DNA from: an uncultured Dehalococcoidia bacterium
GTDB taxonomy: Bacteria > Chloroflexota > Dehalococcoidia > Lucifugimonadales > UBA2985
NCBI GenBank assembly: GCA_964573055.1
Contig: CAZNIG010000018.1
Location: forward strand, 23,538 to 87,537
DNA: 64,000 bases
Reading direction: 5' to 3'
Below, piece by piece: positions 1-8,637 of the stretch. Made by a program: the position numbers and the translations under genes. A model generated the notes under the pieces. The model was not told where the DNA came from and did no database searches. It saw only the letters and a list, made by a program, of their open reading frames with translations. The number at the start of each line of letters is the position of its first letter. Position 1 is the stretch's first letter.

Positions 1-172
1 ATTTAGTACCACATAAAAACATCTGCAAACTTGCGGTGTTCCTACAGCTACTGTAGACCTTACAGATGATCAGGTTACCAAGATATCAAAACAGCCAAAT
101 GCAAGACTAAAATCGCTTTGACTTCAAAAGATAAATACAAACCGTCACAGATCTCCAGAGCATAACAAAGGT

Positions 173-856
173 ATGGAACTTTCAATAGATACATCGACTA
201 GATATGCGAGTATCGGTCTTTCCTTGAACGGTTCATTGATTGCTGGATATTCGTGGGTGTCCAGTCAAAATCACACCGTAGAACTACTCCCCTCAGTCCT
301 ACAACTGCTGAGATCCAAGAATATAGATCAACAAAACTTGAAATGCGTAGTAGTAGCAATTGGCCCTGGTGGTTTCAGCGCACTAAGGGTCGGCATTAGT
401 ACGGCAAAAGGTCTATCTATTGGACTCCAAATTCCAGTTGTGGCAGTAAATACCTTGGAGGTAGAAGCTTATCCTTTCAGGAGCCTTGGCTATCAAATTT
501 GCCCTGTTATCGACATGGGACGAGGAGATATGATAACGGCAGCTTACGGTTCCAATGGTAATGCATGGGGCAAATTAACTCCGGAAACCCTAGTAAGACC
601 TTCAGACCTGATTGAATCCCTCAATAAACCCACCATAATTTGTGGGGAAGCATCTGTGAAGTGCGCTTCCGAAATGGCTAATAAAGAAAATGCATTTGCC
701 GTGTTTACAGATCAACTCCCACCAACTAGAAGCCCGGCCAGCCTGGCTCAGATTGGATACCTTAGGCTACAAACTGGTGCAATCGAGGATCCATCTTCAC
801 TACAACCGATATATGGGCGTCAGGCATCCATCACACCCCCTAAAAGGCAAAAATAA
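173..856 (+). CDS. tsaB: tRNA t6A biosynthesis protein TsaB (YeaZ family)
   Basis: 227-aa ORF. It has 'LSIDTSTRYASIGL' and 'VVAIGPGGFSALRVGISTAKGL' motifs typical of YeaZ/TsaB ASKHA-fold proteins. Confidence 0.75.
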   Translation: MELSIDTSTRYASIGLSLNGSLIAGYSWVSSQNHTVELLPSVLQLLRSKNIDQQNLKCVVVAIGPGGFSALRVGISTAKGLSIGLQIPVVAVNTLEVEAYPFRSLGYQICPVIDMGRGDMITAAYGSNGNAWGKLTPETLVRPSDLIESLNKPTIICGEASVKCASEMANKENAFAVFTDQLPPTRSPASLAQIGYLRLQTGAIEDPSSLQPIYGRQASITPPKRQK

Positions 857-951
857 TTATAGTAGGCTTACACACTTAGCCTTAGATCGCACTAACATAG
901 ATACCAGCAACCAATATACAAACACAAACATAGGTAAAAGGAGATAAGTAA

Positions 952-1410
952 TTGAAATCTGAACGAACGTTAATACTGCTAAAACCCGATGCCGTACAAA
1001 GATCTCTAATTGGCTCTATTATATCAAGACTAGAAATGAGAGGTCTTCAAATAGTAGCCATGAAAATGCTGCATGTGTCCCAAGAACTAGCACACAATCA
1101 CTACGGAGTTCATAAGGGCAAACCGTTTTTCGAGAGCTTGGTGTCATTCATAACATCAAGCCCAATTGTCGCCATGGTGCTAGAAGGACAAAACGCTGTT
1201 GAGATGGCAAGGAACACCATGGGAACCACGAACCCTGTTCAAGCTAACCCTGGCACAATAAGAGGAGATCTGGCAACTGATATAGGTTATAACCTGATAC
1301 ACGGGTCTGACTCTACGGAGACCGCCCACCACGAGATAGATCTATTCTTCGACAAAAGCGAGATACTTAGCTACGAGCGCGATATAGAAAGATGGATCAC
1401 TGGACCCTAA
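952..1410 (+). CDS. ndk: nucleoside diphosphate kinase
   Basis: 152 aa with a TTG start. Motifs 'ERTLILLKPDAV', 'GTIRGD' and 'NLIHGSDS' (active-site His) match Ndk. Confidence 0.9.
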   Translation: MKSERTLILLKPDAVQRSLIGSIISRLEMRGLQIVAMKMLHVSQELAHNHYGVHKGKPFFESLVSFITSSPIVAMVLEGQNAVEMARNTMGTTNPVQANPGTIRGDLATDIGYNLIHGSDSTETAHHEIDLFFDKSEILSYERDIERWITGP

Positions 1411-1783
1411 GCATAACGGGATATTGCGACCAGAGACGCTCCAGTTCGTAGTATTCCCGCTCCTCTTGGGCGAACACATGGACCACTAAATCACCATAAT
1501 CCAAGATTACCCATCCTCCTCCATTACTACCTTCACTGTGATGTAAAGGCAGGCCGGCGGTTTTCAGAGCATAACTTATCTCATCCTGCAGTGCCTCCAT
1601 CTGCCGATGATTCTCACCGGTGATTATCACAAAGTAGTCCGTGAAAGAAAATGGGCCACGCATATCCAGCATTATAATGTCGCTGGCCTGTTTATCCGAG
1701 GCCACGCTTACCGCTAGACGAGCTCCTTCTATCGCTTCTACTGAGAGTTTCTGCGTCATTTGCCTTAGTCTAATTTGTGACAC
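1397..1783 (-). CDS. rsfS: ribosomal silencing factor RsfS (iojap-like)
   Basis: 128 aa with 'DYFVIITGENHRQMEAL' and 'WVILDYGDLVVHVF' RsfS-type motifs. Its 3' end overlaps the ndk 3' end by 14 nt (convergent). Confidence 0.85.
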   Translation of the reverse strand: MSQIRLRQMTQKLSVEAIEGARLAVSVASDKQASDIIMLDMRGPFSFTDYFVIITGENHRQMEALQDEISYALKTAGLPLHHSEGSNGGGWVILDYGDLVVHVFAQEEREYYELERLWSQYPVMLRVQ

Positions 1784-1871
1784 TCAATCGGTCAACGGTA
1801 GGAGATGAGCTTGACTGGTTAGCTACCCTGTAGTAAAACTCTATCACAAAGCAATAAGAGAGGAATCGAAG

Positions 1872-2966
1872 TTGGGCAAAGAACGGGTTGTAGTTGCAAT
1901 GAGCGGCGGAGTTGATTCATGTGTAGCTGCATGGCTACTAAAAAACGAAGGATACGACGTAGTCGGAATTACCATGAAGCTTTGGAGCGATACCACTCCA
2001 GACACCACACCTAGTTATTCTAAAGGCTGCTGCACGCTAGAGGACATAGAGGATGCACGCCGCGTCTGCCAAATTATAGGAGCGCCCCATTATGTAATGA
2101 ACTTTGAAAAAGAGTTCCAATCGCACGTAATAGACTACTTTTGTGACGAATATCAAAGAGGGCGGACCCCACATCCATGCCTAGCGTGTAATGACAAGAT
2201 CAAGTTTGATTTTCTTATGCAAAGAGTTCGCGCACTAGATGTCGATTACATAGCCACAGGACACTATGCTCGATTGGAAAGACTCGGACAAGAAATACGC
2301 CTTCTAAGTGGCTTAGACCAGATGAAGGATCAGTCCTATGCACTATTCAATCTTAGGCCTGAGCAGACAAAGCACCTAATGCTTCCGATAGGATGGTATT
2401 CGAAAAAGGAAATACGAGATATTGCCAAATCGGCCAACTTGCCAGTTGCAGAAAAACCTGATTCACAAGATATCTGTTTCATACCTCAGAATGACTACCG
2501 AGCGTTTTTATCGGAGAGGTTCACCCCAACACCCGGTAAAATTATCGACACACAGGGGAAGGTATTAGGTCACCATGAAGGCATAGAAAATTTTACTATC
2601 GGTCAACGACGAGGTCTTGGCATTCAAAACGAGTCACCTCTGTTTGTAATAAGCTTGGATGTCCAGAAAAGTGAAGTAATAGTAGGATCGGCCGATGGCC
2701 TGCTAAAAGACACCCTGTATGCCACAGATGTGAACTACATCTCAGGTACCCCACCTGTAGGACCAATAGAAGTAGACGCAAAAATACGATATAAGTCGTC
2801 ACGATCCAAAGCTACCATAGTACCTTTTGGTACTGAAGCCAAGGTCTGCTTCGAAGAGCCTCAGAGAGCAGTCACCCCAGGTCAGGCCGTGGTTTTCTAC
2901 GTTGGGGAAGAGGTCTTGGGTGGTGGTTACATTGATGATAGGATCGACTGCCCAGAACAAATTTAG
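1872..2966 (+). CDS. mnmA: tRNA-specific 2-thiouridylase MnmA
   Basis: 364 aa with the PP-loop 'VVAMSGGVDSCVAAWLL', plus 'GRTPHPCLACN' and 'DQSYALF' motifs. Confidence 0.9.
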   Translation: MGKERVVVAMSGGVDSCVAAWLLKNEGYDVVGITMKLWSDTTPDTTPSYSKGCCTLEDIEDARRVCQIIGAPHYVMNFEKEFQSHVIDYFCDEYQRGRTPHPCLACNDKIKFDFLMQRVRALDVDYIATGHYARLERLGQEIRLLSGLDQMKDQSYALFNLRPEQTKHLMLPIGWYSKKEIRDIAKSANLPVAEKPDSQDICFIPQNDYRAFLSERFTPTPGKIIDTQGKVLGHHEGIENFTIGQRRGLGIQNESPLFVISLDVQKSEVIVGSADGLLKDTLYATDVNYISGTPPVGPIEVDAKIRYKSSRSKATIVPFGTEAKVCFEEPQRAVTPGQAVVFYVGEEVLGGGYIDDRIDCPEQI

Positions 2967-2994
2967 CTTAGCCGCAACACACAAAACACACACG

Positions 2995-3777
2995 ATGTCA
3001 GCAGACCAATCACAACAGGCTAAATCACAGGAACAATTCAGCCAGCAGTCACACCACTACGCAGAAAGTCTCGTCCACAGTTCAGGCGAGAGCCTACAGT
3101 TAATTCAACAATGGGCTTCGACAACCACATACGTAACAGCAACTGATATCGGCACTGGCGCTGGCTTCACTGCCGCTGAAATCGCACCATTCGCAACCCA
3201 AGTTATAGCCACAGACATAACATCCAGCATGCTACTTGAAACGCGTTTGCTTGCAACTAAGCGTGACATCTCAAATCTAGATTGCCTATTAGCAGCCGCT
3301 GAATGCCTCCCATTCGCTGATGGTTCAGTTGGATTGGTCACATGCCGTGTCGCCGCTCACCATTTTCAAGACTTAGATAAAGCCATTGAAGAGTGGTACA
3401 GAGTGCTACAACCAGAAGGACTGCTACTAATGGCAGACACAGTAAGTCCAGAAGACCTTAACCTTGCCACTTGGATGAATGAAATAGAGTTTCGCCGAGA
3501 CCCAAGCCATGTCAGGAATTTAAGCCCATCTGAATGGTTATCCAAGCTAGAGCATAACGGCCTACAGGTAGAAGAAGCTGCCGTTACAGAGATTCCAATG
3601 TTCTTTGACGAATGGGTTTTACGTTCCGGAACGCCCGAAGGAGAGTCTACCAAACTTTTACAAGATTTCCAGAGAGCAACGCCGCCAGCCAAAGAGGAGT
3701 TTGCTATATTACAAGATGATTCAGACAGATTAAGCTTCAAGTGGACAAGCCTCGTAATTCGAGCTAAAAAGAAATAG
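2995..3777 (+). CDS. class I SAM-dependent methyltransferase (Methyltransf_11-like)
   Basis: Motif I 'ATDIGTGAGFTA', then 'LPFADGSVGLVTCRVAAHHF' and 'VLQPEGLLLMAD'. The start is moved to ATG 2995, because the 2827 start of the ORF track overlaps the mnmA 3' end. Confidence 0.7.
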   Translation: MSADQSQQAKSQEQFSQQSHHYAESLVHSSGESLQLIQQWASTTTYVTATDIGTGAGFTAAEIAPFATQVIATDITSSMLLETRLLATKRDISNLDCLLAAAECLPFADGSVGLVTCRVAAHHFQDLDKAIEEWYRVLQPEGLLLMADTVSPEDLNLATWMNEIEFRRDPSHVRNLSPSEWLSKLEHNGLQVEEAAVTEIPMFFDEWVLRSGTPEGESTKLLQDFQRATPPAKEEFAILQDDSDRLSFKWTSLVIRAKKK

Positions 3778-3912
3778 CCTTAACTGATACATTTTGCCAT
3801 CATTTATTCAGCCACCAATGTGCATGTTCTAGGCCCAGCATTTGAAGTCAACGATTAAGGAAACCACAAAAGTACTTACCTGTATCTTGGTCATATATTG
3901 AGGTGCTTAACA

Positions 3913-4587
3913 ATGTACCCGCATTTTGAGGAAGAGAGTGCCTTGATAGATAGAGGCTATCTACCGATAGTCGGACTAGATGAAGTTGGCCGTGGACCGT
4001 TAGCAGGGCCGGTAGTAGCGGGAGCAGTCATGCTCCTAGAACCGTCTGTCCCTAAATGGCTATCAAAAGTCAGGGACAGCAAAGCACTTACTGCTAAACA
4101 GAGAGAATATATATTCCAAATAGTAAATGAGTCCACCACAGCATGGTCTGTTGGCATAGTATCTCCGAGGGACGTCGATAACATGGGCATCGTCGCGGCA
4201 ACTAAATATGCTATGCTCTTAGCCCTCCAAAACCTCCCCTTAGCCGCCTCCTTCTTACTCATAGACGCTCTACCGCTACCGGAAAGCAATCTCCCTTTCA
4301 AATCTATAATCAAAGGTGACCAAACATGCGCTTCGATCGCTGCTGCCTCAGTAATGGCCAAAGTCACAAGAGACAAGATAATGCTGGAAGAAGATAAAAA
4401 GTACCCTCAGTACCATTTCGCCAAACATAAGGGCTATCCAACGAAAAACCATATGGAGCAGCTTAAAAGGTTTGGGCCATCTCCGATCCATCGCAGATCA
4501 TTTGCGCCAGTAAAATTGCATATCAATTATGATGAGACCTCGGATACTCGGATACATGACATAAACCCGCCTATTCTTCTAATGTAG
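3913..4587 (+). CDS. rnhB: ribonuclease HII
   Basis: 'VGLDEVGRGPLAGPVVAGAV', 'DSKALT' and 'IIKGDQTCASIAAASVMAKVTRD' motifs. ATG 3913 is preferred over TTG 3898. Confidence 0.85.
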   Translation: MYPHFEEESALIDRGYLPIVGLDEVGRGPLAGPVVAGAVMLLEPSVPKWLSKVRDSKALTAKQREYIFQIVNESTTAWSVGIVSPRDVDNMGIVAATKYAMLLALQNLPLAASFLLIDALPLPESNLPFKSIIKGDQTCASIAAASVMAKVTRDKIMLEEDKKYPQYHFAKHKGYPTKNHMEQLKRFGPSPIHRRSFAPVKLHINYDETSDTRIHDINPPILLM

Positions 4588-4750
4588 CGATAATCTGAGC
4601 CACATGAGTAAAGGCAATATCTCGTGGTGGTTGTAAATCCCTAAACGAACTATATTTAATCTTGAACTTTAGGCATGCAAATTATTTTCAGTAGGCGAAT
4701 TGCCTGTATCGCCGCTGTATGCTAGACTTGCCAAGCTGGGAGAGTGACCC

Positions 4751-5098
4751 ATGCCAATATACGAATACAAATGTAAAAAATGTACCGGTAAATTCACCCA
4801 GTTCTTCCGAGGTTTCTCTGAGACACAGGATCCCATATGCAGCCACTGCAGCAGCTCGGAAGTTGTTCGAATTATATCCAAGGTGTCTGTGATTATAGGC
4901 TGGAACGACGGATTAAGTAGGCTGCCATCATGGGAAACCATGACGGACTTCGACGAGGACAACCCCGCCAGTGTCGCCAGACACCTAAGTAGACTGAAAC
5001 AAGAAATGGGGGACGGAATAGGGCCAGAGGGTGAGGAACTGACAGCGTTGATGGATCAACAAAACATACGCAACGAGTTCGACGCCCTAGATAGCTAA
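4751..5098 (+). CDS. FmdB-family zinc-ribbon protein
   Basis: N-terminal 'MPIYEYKCKKC...CSHCSS' CxxC...CxxC zinc ribbon followed by an acidic tail. Confidence 0.7.
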   Translation: MPIYEYKCKKCTGKFTQFFRGFSETQDPICSHCSSSEVVRIISKVSVIIGWNDGLSRLPSWETMTDFDEDNPASVARHLSRLKQEMGDGIGPEGEELTALMDQQNIRNEFDALDS

Positions 5099-5248
5099 CC
5101 AATAGTTTGAAACAACCTGATCCAATTAAACGGATAGAATTAAAAGTAATAATACATTGAGGGAATATAAATACGATCGGCAGAACCCGTTCAAACCTTC
5201 AATAACCAGCACAACACGACAACCAAACACTAATAAAACACGTGATCC

Positions 5249-5713
5249 ATGAACCAATCACCTTACGCGCTACCAGAACAAATAGCGGAGAGATCAGTAA
5301 TCGCACACCGCGGGAAGCTGTTCATAGCCCTAACCGTGTTCGTACTAGCAATGGCATACTTGGGATTTACTGCTTTTCAGAGCGCGAGTGCTTACTACCT
5401 TACGGTAGGTGAACTAAAGGCTAAAGAGACTGAGTTTTACGGTAAAAATGTCCGCGTTAACGGTCAACTAGTACCATCCTCATTCGAAAGAGACTCGGTA
5501 GGAACAACTATCCGGTTCTCCCTCACGGATGGTCAGGAAACGATTAACGCCACACACGTTGGTATAGTGCCAGATCTGTTCTTCAACGACCACTCAGAAA
5601 TTCTTTTGGAAGGTATTTACGACTCTCACGGAGTATTCGACACGCAGTCTATCATCGTAAAATGCCCGTCTAAATACCAAGCGCAAGACGAATCAAACGA
5701 CACTCCCATATAG
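5249..5713 (+). CDS. ccmE: cytochrome c maturation heme chaperone CcmE, Cys-type (CxxxY) variant
   Basis: 154 aa with an N-terminal TM anchor and an OB-fold-like core ('VRVNGQLVP', 'FSLTDG', 'VPDLFF', 'ILLEG'). The C-terminal motif is 'VKCPSKY', where canonical CcmE has H-x-x-x-Y. Confidence 0.7.
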   Translation: MNQSPYALPEQIAERSVIAHRGKLFIALTVFVLAMAYLGFTAFQSASAYYLTVGELKAKETEFYGKNVRVNGQLVPSSFERDSVGTTIRFSLTDGQETINATHVGIVPDLFFNDHSEILLEGIYDSHGVFDTQSIIVKCPSKYQAQDESNDTPI

Positions 5714-5736
5714 CACATGTAGTCCTTCTCAACCCT

Positions 5737-5759
5737 GCCATAGCGTGGCAACGCATGGC
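5737..5759. terminator. hairpin between convergent ccmE and the SCO1664-family gene
   Basis: GCCAT-A-GCG-TGGCAA-CGC-ATGGC forms an 8-bp stem with one bulge. There is no clear U-tract on either strand. Confidence 0.3.
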
Positions 5760-5772
5760 TAGATAACCAGTG

Positions 5773-6513
5773 TTAATACACGGGCCAGGGTACATCCCTC
5801 CTATAAAGATCACGATCAGGAAAGTGCCGTTCTCGTATGAGCACATCCAAGCGCCACTTCAATGCAGCAATTTCGCCAGGCTCCAGCAGATATGTAAGGC
5901 GACTGACAAACCCGTCATTCGAATCAAGTTGTCGCCTGAGATCAATCAGTTGATCGATCTCAGTTGCTGGTATAGCTTTATCTACAAAATCCCAAATCAC
6001 TGTTCTAAGCTTTGGCTCTTCATTAAATGTCAATCCGTGGTCTATAGACCATACCTTACCCTGCATATCCTTCAGACAATGCCCAGCTTTTCTATCAGCA
6101 TTATTTGATACACAGTCAAAAAGGGCTATTTTTTCAATATCTCCCATGCGGTCCTCTCTCAGCGTAAAATAACTCGAATCTAAGTCGAAATCTACAAACT
6201 GCTGCACTGTTCCAACCCCATAAGGCCCTTCCCTAATAACCGTGCAGGGGATGAAATCCCAAGAGAGGGCGAGCGATATAACGTAGGAGGTATACTCTCT
6301 TTTATACAATGTCCCAGATTTAAAGTCGTAGAGTGGTCGTTCACCAGACCGCGGTTTATATACAGCGATATGTTTTTCAGTACCTTCGCTCAACTCTATG
6401 AGAAAGCTATCGTTGGATCCCCACGGGATCTGCGCCAAAGTTACTATGTCTCCATATAGTAAAATCCTGCTCAACTCACCCAGACAAGGATTATATGGAG
6501 TGTCTTGCCTCAT
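5773..6513 (-). CDS. SCO1664-family protein (PI3/PI4-kinase-like fold, uncharacterised)
   Basis: 246 aa. 'AVYKPRSGERPLYDF', 'DCVSNNADRKAGHCL' and 'WSIDHGLTF' resemble a kinase catalytic loop (DRxxxN-like / DHG). It is adjacent to a DUF3090 gene, as is typical for this family. Confidence 0.6.
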   Translation of the reverse strand: MRQDTPYNPCLGELSRILLYGDIVTLAQIPWGSNDSFLIELSEGTEKHIAVYKPRSGERPLYDFKSGTLYKREYTSYVISLALSWDFIPCTVIREGPYGVGTVQQFVDFDLDSSYFTLREDRMGDIEKIALFDCVSNNADRKAGHCLKDMQGKVWSIDHGLTFNEEPKLRTVIWDFVDKAIPATEIDQLIDLRRQLDSNDGFVSRLTYLLEPGEIAALKWRLDVLIRERHFPDRDLYRRDVPWPVY

Positions 6514-6531
6514 TAACTCCTCAGGACAGAA

Positions 6532-7032
6532 CTATACCACCACATGTCCGTTAGTTTTTGGACAAATATGTTGATTATCACTAATCGGGGCGTGACACAA
6601 TTCGCAAATCGGGCGGCCAGCGGCACAAACTGCTTCGGCTTCATCTGCTAAACCAAGCAACATATCCATTGAGCACCAAATTGTCAGCCCCACAACATCG
6701 TCAGATTGATCCCCTATTCCTTGCACATCTACGACGAACAAATCGGAGTCACTACTTCGCCCTAATTCTACCTGACTCACTTTGAATTCCATCTCAATGG
6801 AGTCGTGGACCGAGACATTATCAGACAAATCCGAATCGTCAGTAGCCAAATAATCAGGCTGGATAGCTATCAACTGTCTTATCCCTATACAGAGACGTAA
6901 AAGCTGCCCTTTTTCTATCCACAGACACGCTCTATTCCCCTGACCATACACTATTATACGAAAGTGCCTCGCGCCTGGTTCACCTAGCGCTTCTGCTTTT
7001 ATCCAATCTACCGCCCTGATTTCATAATTCAT
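6532..7032 (-). CDS. DUF3090-family protein
   Basis: 'GEPGARHFRI', 'LWIEKGQL' and a C-terminal 'CAAGRPICELCHAPI...HICPKTNGH' Cys/His cluster. The start is set at ATG 7032; the ORF track extends to 7080. Confidence 0.6.
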   Translation of the reverse strand: MNYEIRAVDWIKAEALGEPGARHFRIIVYGQGNRACLWIEKGQLLRLCIGIRQLIAIQPDYLATDDSDLSDNVSVHDSIEMEFKVSQVELGRSSDSDLFVVDVQGIGDQSDDVVGLTIWCSMDMLLGLADEAEAVCAAGRPICELCHAPISDNQHICPKTNGHVVV

Positions 7033-7231
7033 CTTAGTCATCCACCTTGGTACTATCTTAAGCCAACTACAAGTCGCCAAGGAAGCACACGTGCGAACAT
7101 TTATAGTTAGTTCCGAGACATTTATCCCAATAAAGTCGACAAACTGCCTTAAGCGTCACTAACCAATAACATGATACATCCGCGGTAGGTGGGGAATTCA
7201 ACTATAAGATTGCTTAGCATAAGCAGTTTTA

Positions 7232-8050
7232 TTATTCCACTGCTTCTATTTTATACCTAATGTTACCCATAGGAGTCGACACCTCTACCTCCTCACCGGA
7301 ACCATGATCAATAAGAGCCTTTCCGACCGGAGAGCTAATTGACATCCTAGCTTCCATTGGATTGGCCTCGGCAGGATTTACTAAGGTGTAGACCATCTCG
7401 AGACCTAGATTTTCATCAAGCAGTTTGACAACACTGCCCAGTTTTACTTTACGCTGATCCATTCTAACGGAATCCTGCGATTCCGCATTAACTAACCTCG
7501 CTCGTTTCAAATTATCTTCTAGTTCTCGTATACGAGCTTCCATAAACCCCTGTTTTTCCCTAGCTGCATCTAACGGAGCGTTCTCCCGGAAATCCTTATC
7601 GGCCGCAGCTCTCCTAATTTCCTGAGCAACAGAAACTCGCTCTTCACGCAGGCTCTCCAACTCATCCAATATTGCTTGATACCCCTCAGAGGTGATATCA
7701 ACGGCCAAAGCAGCCTTTTGCGCTTGAGCCGAACCTCGTCGATTAGATTTTTTGAGTTTCATATGCTTTGCCAAAGATGTATCTATAAGACTGTTCTTAT
7801 AACAGAACGTCAAGAAATCCTTGACTGCTTCAGCATTCCCAGTAGGATCCTTTCCTCTGATCTGACCGTATTCTTCAGCTAAGCTAGGAGTCAAGGAACC
7901 AAGATTCCTTTCTCCACCACCAAACCATCTAACAAATCGACTGAGTTCCTTGTGTTTTTCTTGCTCCGCTATTTTGACTCTAGTAGCTAGATACTTGGAA
8001 AGGGCATCGGACAAACTTATTGGATCAGACGGCATAGTTGATTTCACCAA
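7232..8050 (-). CDS. greA: GreA-family transcript cleavage factor with a ~117-aa N-terminal extension
   Basis: Residues ~118-272 align to GreA ('DFRENAPLDAAREKQGF' coiled-coil tip, 'ISSPVGKALIDHGSGEEVEV' C-terminal domain). Residues 1-117 are extra. The start is TTG 8050 or ATG 8035. Confidence 0.7.
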   Translation of the reverse strand: MVKSTMPSDPISLSDALSKYLATRVKIAEQEKHKELSRFVRWFGGGERNLGSLTPSLAEEYGQIRGKDPTGNAEAVKDFLTFCYKNSLIDTSLAKHMKLKKSNRRGSAQAQKAALAVDITSEGYQAILDELESLREERVSVAQEIRRAAADKDFRENAPLDAAREKQGFMEARIRELEDNLKRARLVNAESQDSVRMDQRKVKLGSVVKLLDENLGLEMVYTLVNPAEANPMEARMSISSPVGKALIDHGSGEEVEVSTPMGNIRYKIEAVE

Positions 8051-8316
8051 CCTAAGCGAGTATTTGTATTTGTATTGTAGATGGGAGCAATTTACAGTGT
8101 CAACTTAGAAATCTGATATAATCCATCAGGTTCCGCATAACTTGGCGTTATGATAAAGAATTTAATTTATAATAAACACTTCCAGGCTGCACCATATCCC
8201 TCGAATATACAATACCAACGTTATAGCTTACGATATACCATTCCAGAATAAATAGCCAACAAACCGGTTTAGGTACATAATTACTTATCACTATCCTTAA
8301 CAAATGGAGTAATCAA

Positions 8317-8574
8317 TTGGAGTACGGAATAACAATCAATAAAGGGTCTGGAGATACTAGGTTAGGGATACAATGTGGACATCAGAAAGGACTACTCTAC
8401 GTAGTTCCTGCAGAAGCTAACTGGGTTTGTACCACAGACAACATACATGCCCACGCGCTTGCTGGGTTCTTAAGTGAGCTTACTGACCTAGATGATGTCA
8501 GGGTGCGAACATTGATGCAAAGGTGGGGGATATACTTTCGTAACTTGCCGCGAGACGAGGATCCCCTGAAATAG
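8317..8574 (+). CDS. hypothetical protein
   Basis: 85-aa ORF with a TTG start in an otherwise empty spacer. No recognisable motif. Confidence 0.25.
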   Translation: MEYGITINKGSGDTRLGIQCGHQKGLLYVVPAEANWVCTTDNIHAHALAGFLSELTDLDDVRVRTLMQRWGIYFRNLPRDEDPLK

Positions 8575-8637
8575 CCTACGAGGGCCCGGATTTCCGCTTC
8601 CTAACCCCTAGAGTGCTTGACCTACAAACTTTAGTGT

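Noticed and set aside
690-947. An 85-aa plus-strand ORF overlapping the tsaB 3' end.
   Set aside because: It is out of frame inside tsaB and continues through the tsaB-ndk spacer. It has no motif and is probably spurious.
1397-1410. A 14-nt convergent overlap of the ndk and rsfS 3' ends.
   Set aside because: The overlap is real, but this is common genome compaction and shows no evidence of special function.
2827-2994. An upstream extension of the methyltransferase ORF (ORF-track start at 2827).
   Set aside because: It overlaps the last 140 nt of mnmA in another frame, and the extra 56 aa are basic and low-complexity. ATG 2995, just after the mnmA stop, is the sensible start.
7206-7231. A hairpin TGCTTA-GCA-TAAGCA followed by a T-run, just downstream of the greA-like stop.
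   Set aside because: The T-run follows the stem only on the plus strand, while both flanking genes are on the minus strand. It does not work as a terminator in the relevant orientation.
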